Shown: piece after piece, positions 1-6,105 of the stretch
How the letters are laid out: every line of letters begins with the position of its first letter
How positions within the stretch are numbered: the stretch's first letter is position 1
The notes under the pieces: generated by a model
What the model saw: only the letters and a program-made list of their open reading frames with translations
Told to the model about the DNA's origin: nothing
The model's database searches: none
Assembly: GCA_033442325.1 (NCBI GenBank)
Contig: JAWQFM010000025.1
Coordinates: forward strand, 411,879 to 417,983
From: Salpingoeca rosetta
Lineage: Eukaryota; Protista; Choanoflagellata
Direction: 5' to 3'
Length of the DNA: 6,105 nt
Translations under genes and position numbers: made by a program

Positions 1-9
1 TGAGTTGGT

Positions 10-64
10 ATGGTGCCATTTTTGGCGTCCCAACCAACGAGCCATCCTCGCCTCGGCGAGGAAG
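10..64 (+). CDS. Probable first coding exon of the + strand gene (MVPFLASQPTSHPRLGEE)
   Basis: ATG at 10 with an in-frame upstream TGA (1-3). It ends at a strong donor AAG|GTAAGC (65) followed by CA repeats, and its phase 1 matches exon 532-577. Joining 10-64, 532-577 and 1538-4553 gives an open 3117-nt CDS (1038 aa): MVPFLASQPTSHPRLGEEADDIKTTWNHTKNYSWQEVMEDEGPV... Confidence 0.5.
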
Positions 65-116
65 GTAAGCACCTTGCTACCTTGCAACAACACCAACTCC
101 TCTCACTCAAATGATC

Positions 117-152
117 ACACACACACACACACATGCACATGCACATGCACAT
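117..152. repeat. (CA)n followed by (TGCACA)3
   Basis: Directly visible in putative intron 1. Confidence 0.9.
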
Positions 153-332
153 GCTTGCACCCACACTTACTCACAGACACACCACGCATGCACATTGGTT
201 CCTCGTTTCTTCGTTTCTACTTGGACTCTGGATTTGCCGACTGTCACCCTCGCCGACTGCACCTGATCGTGCCCTTCACGCTGCCTCTTGTCTCTTCCCC
301 TGTCGTCTCTGTCTGCTTGTCTCTCTTTCTCT

Positions 333-334
<2 letters not shown>

Positions 335-367
<33 letters not shown>
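335..367. repeat. (TGC)11 trinucleotide microsatellite
   Basis: 11 perfect units, in putative intron 1. Confidence 0.95.
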
Positions 368-370
<3 letters not shown>

Positions 371-531
371 CGTGCTTGTCTGTCCCTTTTCTCTTCTTTT
401 GGCGGCTGTTCGTGGGCCAACAAAAATTTGATTCGATGCACAAAGGAGTGCCCGTCTTGTTGTTGTTGTGGTGTGCTTGCTTCTTGTGTGTTTTTTTTTG
501 TGTGTCGTGCACTCTGACTGTATTGACACAG

Positions 532-577
532 CCGACGATATTAAAACTACATGGAATCATACGAAAAATTATTCCTG
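532..577 (+). CDS. Probable 46-nt internal exon of the + strand gene ((A)DDIKTTWNHTKNYS(W))
   Basis: Branch-like CTGAC/TTGAC motifs, then acceptor ACACAG (531) and donor CTG|GTGAGT (578). It is non-repetitive sequence between repeat-rich tracts. Phase 1 in and phase 2 out fit both the 64 donor and the 1537 acceptor. Confidence 0.55.
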
Positions 578-890
578 GTGAGTATACTTTGTGAATGATT
601 TTGTATAATTTTCTGCGTCGTCAGCAAGTCACGCAACGAGGGCGCGAATGGGTGCGTTGATGATCAGGCGAATGATTGAAGCAGTGGGTTGGCGACTTTT
701 GAGAAGCGTGGTGCGGGTTGTGGTTGTGGGTTGGAGAAGGTGCATGCATGTGGGTTGGATGGAAGGATGGATACCGCGTGGATGGCAGAAGGTGCCCAAC
801 CAGCCATCCAACCACCACCTCCACCACCACACGTGCCACCACATCATTCATCGCATCAACCATGATGCCACGAGTTTTGGTTCGCGCACT

Positions 891-906
891 TGACTGACTG
901 ACTGAC
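891..906. repeat. (TGAC)4 tetranucleotide repeat
   Basis: Directly visible. Confidence 0.9.
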
Positions 907-1002
907 TCACCTTCGTCTTGCTTTGCTTGCTGCTCCCCTTGCACTTGCTCGCTTAACAACATGTACGCTTGGGTTTGACCGGACAAATGATGACACTGCC
1001 GT

Positions 1003-1146
1003 ATGCCAATGACACCATCACCACCATCAACCCCATCAACGCCATCAACCCCATCAACGCCATCAACGCCATCAACGAACATTCCTCTCTCGCGCGTCTC
1101 TCGCGTCTCTCGCGTCTCTCACGTCTCAACGGCCAGCACACCATCG
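1003..1146 (+). CDS. Alternative candidate first exon of the + strand gene (MPMTPSPPSTPSTPST...SRVSRVSRVSHVSTASTPS)
   Basis: ATG 1003 and 48 codons to donor TCG|GTGAGT (1147). Phase 0 joins the acceptor at 1541 in frame (..STPS-EVMED..). It contains two 9-bp, frame-preserving tandem arrays. It competes with the 10-64/532-577 model. Confidence 0.35.
1024..1077. repeat. 9-bp tandem repeat (CCATCAACS)x6
   Basis: Units start at 1024, 1033, 1042, 1051, 1060 and 1069. Confidence 0.95.
1093..1128. repeat. 9-bp tandem repeat (CGCGTCTCT)x3 plus one degenerate unit
   Basis: Units start at 1093, 1102 and 1111; CACGTCTCA at 1120. Confidence 0.92.
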
Positions 1147-1299
1147 GTGAGTGTGCTTGTTGCACCTGGCTTGTGGTGGCTGTCACGGGTGTCGTCGATG
1201 CCAACATCATTTCATTTTCTTGTTTTTCTTTTTGCCGTTGTGCGCTGTTCATGAGCGCACACACGTAAGGGCAAAGAAAACACCAAGAAACGTGTGCTT

Positions 1300-1532
1300 T
1301 CAAACTCACTCACAAGCACACGACACAGCACGACACACACGTGTACATCCACACACAACACAACACACAACACAACACACACTTACACTTGCGCCGACAC
1401 ACACACACACACATAACACAACACACACCCACACACAACACAACACACACTTTCATTACGCCGGCACTCGCACGCTCCCACGCTCACATAACATAACACT
1501 CACTCACGCTACATACTCGCAACACAACACAC
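1300..1532. repeat. Degenerate CA/CAACA-rich low-complexity tract upstream of the main exon acceptor
   Basis: Directly visible; includes (CA)n at ~1397-1412 and ACACA/ACAAC units. Confidence 0.9.
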
Positions 1533-1537
1533 GGCAG

Positions 1538-2811
1538 GCAGGAAGTGATGGAGGACGAAGGGCCGGTGACTCTGTCGAGGGAGCCAGAGGCGAGATACAT
1601 CAGCAGGAACCCGCCGATCCCCGAACACCGTCCACTGCAACAGCCACACCAGCTACCACCACAGCAGCAGCTGCAACTGCACCATCATCATGATGCAGAC
1701 AGAAACCTGCAGCCGCCAAAGCCGTTGGGGCGACAGCTGGCCATCAACCGTGCACGCGCCACCTCCGTGGCCAAGACCATCTCCACAGCCAAGCTCGTGC
1801 GCAAGCGGGGCGCGTCCACGTCCACAAACGACCATCAGGTCGACATTGACCAGCAGCACAACGCACAGAACAAAGGCACGCCCGCACCTGACGCCCCACC
1901 TGCAGGCACGCACTACGGCTACCGTGACATCCGCGCCTTCAACGAAGAGATGCTGTCCAACTGCGTGAGCTTCGACTACGACCTGGCGACGGCACCAGGC
2001 ACCACCACCTTCGACCGCACGCCAGACGGGTACATCATCTACGTCATCAACAACGGGCCCGCGGGCATGCCCCAGTTTCTGCGCAAGGAGGACGACAGCG
2101 ACCTGGACGGTGTTGGCGCCGCACGCGGCAGGGGCCGTGGCAGGGGACGGCGTGACTCCGCAGGCGACAGGCATCACCACAGTAGGCATCATCACCACAG
2201 CCATAACCACCACCACCACCACCACCACCATCAGCCACAACAACCGCACGATCTCAGCTCGCGGGAGCAGAGCGCAACGCGACGACACCGCCGCCGCCGC
2301 AGCCGCACGCAGAGCCGAACACGCAGCAGGCGCGATTCATCGGCGTCAATGCGCATGAAGCCTGTTGTGCTGCGCCGTGTGGAGAGCAGGAGCAGCCACG
2401 CCATACCAGACGACGATGACGACGATGATGACGACGAGTACTACGGTGACGTCGAGGACGGTTACCGCATGGGTGACGAGGTGCACCATGGCGACCACCA
2501 CGACCACCACCACGACCATCGTGGGCAGCGTAATCACCATTCGCACCACCACCAGCACCAGCAGCATCAACATCAGCACCAGCAGCACCATACGTCTGAC
2601 GGCAACAATGACGATGCACACCTCAGCCACGGCGATGAAGACAACCACCGTGGACACCACAGCAACCACCATGGATACCACAGCAGCAATCATCACAGCA
2701 GCCACCACCATCTTCGGCGAGAGCATGCTGTCGCTGATGATGATGACGATGATGCAGGCAGGGGTGACGGTGGTGGTGCTGCTACTCATGAACCAGCTCG
2801 CAATCGTGCTC

Positions 2812-2843
<32 letters not shown>

Positions 2844-3005
2844 GTTGCTATGAAGGGTGGGGAGAATGGGGTTGATAATGATGCAGACAAACGCGGCGCG
2901 AGCAACAAGCAGGACGGTGGTGATCACAGCAACACCGCCAACCAACACAACGGCGATGATGATCAGCGAGGCCGCCCGGAGCAGCGGAGGGGCCAGCCGT
3001 CATCC

Positions 3006-3040
<35 letters not shown>

Positions 3041-4553
3041 GTCCTCATCATCCCAATCTTCATCGTCATCATCGTCGCCAAAGCGCTCCCCTGCAGCGGC
3101 GAATGGTGACGGCACACACATGAACGGGCACCACAACCACGACGATGGCGGTGACGGTGGTGTTGGTGTTGGTGGTGGTGATCACCCACGCGCCGGGAGC
3201 TACGACATTGTTGGCGTGATGCCCGAGAACAAACAACTGCGGCAGCAGCGGCAGCAGCGGCAGAGAATGCGAACTGGCCGCATTAACAGTGGCGGCAATG
3301 GTGGTGGCGGTGGCGATGGTGAGCGACACAACGGGAGTGCCAACCCCGGCAATCATAGATACGGTGGTAATGGGGATGACCGCGGTGATGATGACGACAA
3401 CGGGGCCGTGTTCACGTCTGCGGCGACGGTGGCGACGAGTGTGGGCGGGTCACGACCGGGGTCACGCACCGCGTCGCGTGCTGCGTCGTTCCACGTGTCA
3501 GGACGCATGCAGAGGCAAGCCCCCACGCAGCAGCGAACACGGCCACCCATCGGCACCCTGCACGAGGAGAAGCAAGGCCACCGTGGTGGTGATGGTGGTG
3601 AACGGAACAGCAAGGGAAAGGGGGTTGAGAACACCGGTGATGGTGATGATGGCGGGTGGGATGTGTACGGTGTTGGGATTGGCAATGGCACCACCAACAA
3701 CGACGAGAAGAGGAGAGACAGCGGCCACGACAACAACAACGGCAACAGCAGCGGCAGAGGTGGCGGTGGTGGTGCACTGGATGGCGTTGATTCCTCCCCT
3801 GTACCCGCCATCAGTATGCTGGAGCGAAGAATACGCGAGCCCATGAACCTGCCGAGTGAACCTTCGCTTGACGACACGACGCTGTCCGTGCTGCGTGCAG
3901 CTGTTGCCGAAGTCGGCGCGCACAACAACCACGACGACGATGATGACGAGGTGGAGAGGGGCGAGGCGTATGGTGATTGGGCGGGCAAGTGGGGCCACAT
4001 TGACATGTGGCTTGGCAGCAGCGGCGGTGCGCGGAGCAGTGCAGATGGCAAGGGGGATGACGCGACGGGTGACACGCGTGCCAGCGATGGGAGGCAGCGC
4101 AGCAGACACGGAGATGGCAGGAGCCGACGACGCACACCCGACGGCGCTGATGGTGGTGGTGGTGGTCGCCGTGGTGATGACGGCAATCATGTACATTCGC
4201 GAGACCTGACACCAACGCACCGTGCACGGCGGTACGCACGCGAGCTACTTCGTCTCAAGCACGCGCTCGCCCACTCCCGCCGCGTGAATGTGCAGCTGCT
4301 CAACGACCTGAAACAGTCGCGCAAACGCGAACAGCACCTGCTACGCGTGCTGCGGCACATGCAATACGAGACGCTCTCGTCGCAGTTGCAGGCCGCGCTG
4401 CAGGGCGTGGAGGACGTGCGCACAGCCGTACACGAGCGAAGACGCGGTGGTGATAAGGGTGGTGGTGTTGGAGGTGGTCATGGGGATGGTGGTGAGAGGG
4501 CTGGGTTTGCTGGTGATATGGGTGTTGGTGGTGGTGGTGGTGGTGGAAGGTGA
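1538..4553 (+). CDS. Main (last) coding exon of an uncharacterised ~1000-aa low-complexity, His/Asp/Gly/Ser-rich protein with a C-terminal coiled coil
   Basis: Uninterrupted 1002-codon ORF 1545-4553 (first ATG 1548, stop TGA 4551-4553), GC-rich at third positions, with repeats that are almost all triplet and frame-preserving. It is preceded by a CA-rich intron-like tract ending in tandem acceptors CAG(1537), CAG(1541) and AAG(1545). The exact 5' boundary is uncertain. No recognisable family. Confidence 0.85.
3000..3077 (+). repeat. Coding (TCA)n repeat giving poly-Ser (S18-Q-S7)
   Basis: In frame in the long ORF. Confidence 0.92.
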
Positions 4554-4986
4554 GGGGTGCTTGGTTTAGATGTGTATTGTTGGGTGAGATGACAGGGACG
4601 TTGCGTGTACATTTGCGTGGCGAGTTACGTTGTATGTTGCCAGTTGTGCTGTATGTATTTTGCAATTGATTCAGTCGTGCTTGTGGTGCAGTTGTGTACG
4701 TATCTATTTCCCTTCCCAATACATGGCAACGTGACCAAGCACAATGAACAGGTGACAAGAAATTGGGGCCGGGGGGGGGAGGGGGAAGGGTGTCAGCGGG
4801 GAACAAGAACGACGAAGAAGCAGAAGGGAAGAGAAAGGGACAAAGGGCGTCAGGGGACGGGGAGATGTGTGTCACGGTAACGAGGTGACTGAGTGTGATG
4901 GTGGGGTGATGGTGGTTTTACGTATTGACAACAGGGTAAGAGCGTGGATGTGGTTAAGTGGCATGATGGAAAGGGAGAAGGGGGCG

Positions 4987-5046
4987 CTAGGATTCGGGCT
5001 GTTGCTGTTGCTGCTGCTGTTCTGTTTCAATCAATGTGCGGGAACC
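4987..5046 (-). CDS. SLK: SLK-like gene terminal exon ([19 protein letters not shown])
   Basis: Pyrimidine-rich tract plus CCGCAG acceptor; 19 codons and a TAG. Confidence 0.65.
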   Translation of the reverse strand, partial: GSRTLIETEQQQQQQQPES

Positions 5047-5985
5047 CTGCGGTGTTGAAAGTGAGAGAGTGGGAGGGGGGGAGAGTTTGCAGTAAGGAAA
5101 CTGCGTGAGCTGATGAGATGATCGGAGAAGGTGACGATAGGGTGAGAGGGTGGGGGAGTAGAAATGTCCTATCACAAGAAACAAAATGTTGTGAAGCCTG
5201 ATATGTGTAGCAGCACACACACACACACACGCACACACACGCACGCACACATTACGTACAGAGGCAGCCTCGATGCGTCGGCGCTCGGCCGTGCACTCGT
5301 CGTCGAGCTGTGCACGGGACGCGGCGACCTGACTCTTGTACTCGCGCAGCTCCGCAGCGTGCTTCTCGTCCAGCTCTCGCAACTTCTTCGTCTCGTTGGC
5401 TGTTGGGGAGGGGGGGGGGTGTTGGAATGGTGAGTGAGAGCGTGTGTGTGTGTGTGTCTGTGTGTGTGTGTGTGTCTGTGTGTCTGTGTGTCTGTGTGTC
5501 TGTGTGTGTGTATGTGTGTGTGTGTGTGTCTGTGTCTGTGTCTGTGTATGTGTGTGTGTCTGTGTGTGTCCATGCATGCCTGCCTGCACACTCAAAATGC
5601 CGTGCACGTACTTATGATTGCCTGCTTCTTCAGCTGCTGCTGTTCGCGCAATTCCTCCAGCTCGACGTCCATCTGCCGCAAGAGCGACTGCCGCGCATCC
5701 TGTTGTGTTTTGTCGTGTGTGTGCGCGGTGAGGGAGAGACGGTGTGAACAGCGGACGGACAGACAGAAGACAGGCAGGCAGGCAGGCAGAGTGAGAGGAG
5801 AATGACGCAATTGTGCATCTATTGGTGCGAGACAGAGCAAATTTGCGTGTGCTTGGAGCGTAATGGATGATGCACAGGGGAAAAGAATGACTGCCAGTCG
5901 CGAGGGATTCCCAACACACCTGATACGCCTCCTCCAATTTGCTCTTCATCATGTTGTATTTCCGCTCCTCGTTGCTCTTAAACTC
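4987..5985 (-). CDS. SLK: 3' end (4 exons: 5985-5920, 5699-5612, 5399-5260, 5046-4987) of a STE20-like serine/threonine kinase of the SLK/STK10(LOK) family, C-terminal coiled-coil region; kinase domain expected beyond the window
   Basis: Canonical GT..CAG introns (donors GTGTGT, GTACGT, GTACGT) splice to 354 nt = [117 protein letters not shown]. It aligns ungapped to my recollection of the vertebrate SLK tail (F..EE...EL..Q..K...ETQKLKELDEEHSQELKEW....LEEE). The family call is from memory, not from a search. Confidence 0.8.
   Translation of the reverse strand, partial: EFKSNEERKYNMMKSKLEEAYQVCWESLATGSHSFPLCIIHYAPSTRKFALSRTNRCTIASFSSHSACLPACLLSVRPLFTPSLPHRAHTRQNTTGCAAVALAADGRRAGGIARTAAAEEAGNHKYVHGILSVQAGMHGHTQTHTHTQTQTQTHTHTHTHTQTHRHTDTQTHTHTQTHTHTRSHSPFQHPPPSPTANETKKLRELDEKHAAELREYKSQVAASRAQLDDECTAERRRIEAASVRNVCVRVCACVCVCAATHIRLHNILFLVIGHFYSPTLSPYRHLLRSSHQLTQFPYCKLSPPPTLSLSTPQGSRTLIETEQQQQQQQPES
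5213..5251. repeat. (CA)n/(CACG)n microsatellite at the 5' end of the last SLK-like intron
   Basis: Directly visible. Confidence 0.92.
5260..5399 (-). CDS. SLK: SLK-like gene exon (140 nt, [21 protein letters not shown]...IEAAS)
   Basis: C-rich tract plus AACAG acceptor, donor TCT|GTACGT; phase 1 to 0. It carries the most conserved ETxKLxELDExH motif. Confidence 0.88.
5442..5570. repeat. Compound (TG)n/(TGTGTC)n microsatellite in SLK-like intron
   Basis: Directly visible. Confidence 0.95.
5612..5699 (-). CDS. SLK: SLK-like gene exon (88 nt, [29 protein letters not shown])
   Basis: Acceptor ACAACAG and donor AA|GTACGT; phase 0 to 1. Confidence 0.85.
5920..5985 (-). CDS. SLK: SLK-like gene exon (66 nt, [22 protein letters not shown])
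   Basis: Acceptor CACGCAG after (CA)n and donor CAG|GTGTGT; phase 0 to 0. Confidence 0.85.
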
Positions 5986-5988
5986 CTG

Positions 5989-6007
5989 CGTGCGTGTGTG
6001 TGTGTGC

Positions 6008-6105
<98 letters not shown>
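5989..6105. repeat. Long (TG)n/(CA)n microsatellite, intronic, truncated by window end
   Basis: Pure TG from 6013 to 6105, preceded by TG/TGCG units. Confidence 0.98.

Noticed and set aside
1-64. Alternative frame (M)SWYGAIFGVPTNEPSSPRRG spliced directly to 1538
   Set aside because: It is phase-compatible but needs an unseen base before position 1 and ignores the well-formed 532-577 exon. It cannot be evaluated here.
133-594. 153-aa ORF with a poly-Leu 'transmembrane' segment (and the 5-517 poly-Cys ORF)
   Set aside because: The hydrophobic and Cys runs come from (TGC)11 and TG/CT tracts within a probable intron.
903-909. AP-1-like site TGACTCA as a promoter element
   Set aside because: A single 7-mer arising at the end of a (TGAC)n repeat is not evidence of function.
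1024-1128. Regular repeats as a CRISPR-like or telomeric array
   Set aside because: The units are 9 bp with no spacers, internal in position, and in a eukaryotic context.
4215-4360. bZIP transcription factor
   Set aside because: There is no NxxAAxxSR/CR basic region at the correct spacing before the zipper.
1653-4423. Many overlapping antisense and alternate-frame ORFs within the long exon
   Set aside because: These are expected shadows of GC-rich triplet-repeat coding sequence, with no independent coding signal.
4921-5058. Additional + strand terminal exon after the acceptor-like TTGACAACAG (4934), or a 1-nt exon CAG|G|GTAAG
   Set aside because: It would overlap the SLK-like last exon in antisense, and its poly-Leu is just the complement of poly-Gln. 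There is no support.
5164-5805. + strand Val/Cys-rich ORFs
   Set aside because: They are translations of TG microsatellites antisense to the SLK-like gene.
4987-5952. 321-aa single-exon - strand ORF from the track
   Set aside because: It reads through three introns and one exon in the wrong frame, and the HTHT/VCVC runs are microsatellites. The spliced model is coherent.

Overview
Eukaryotic, intron-rich genomic DNA with many CA/TG microsatellites, GT..AG introns and a very low-complexity proteome. This style resembles the choanoflagellate Salpingoeca rosetta, but that is an inference from composition only. The window holds two convergent genes. (1) A + strand gene dominated by a ~3 kb exon (about 1538-4553) encodes a ~1000-aa, mostly disordered His/Asp/Gly/Ser/Arg-rich protein. 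It has a small aromatic 'folded-looking' island and a C-terminal leucine-zipper-like coiled coil. Its 5' end can be built from small exons (10-64, 532-577), and several candidate micro/alternative exons feed a triple tandem acceptor. (2) The last four exons of a - strand gene (5985-5920, 5699-5612, 5399-5260, 5046-4987) splice into a product that aligns without gaps, by eye and from memory, to the C-terminal coiled coil of SLK/STK10(LOK) STE20-like kinases. The window ends inside a long (TG)n microsatellite. No RNA genes, mobile elements or CRISPR arrays are supported. Most short ORFs in the track are repeat artefacts.
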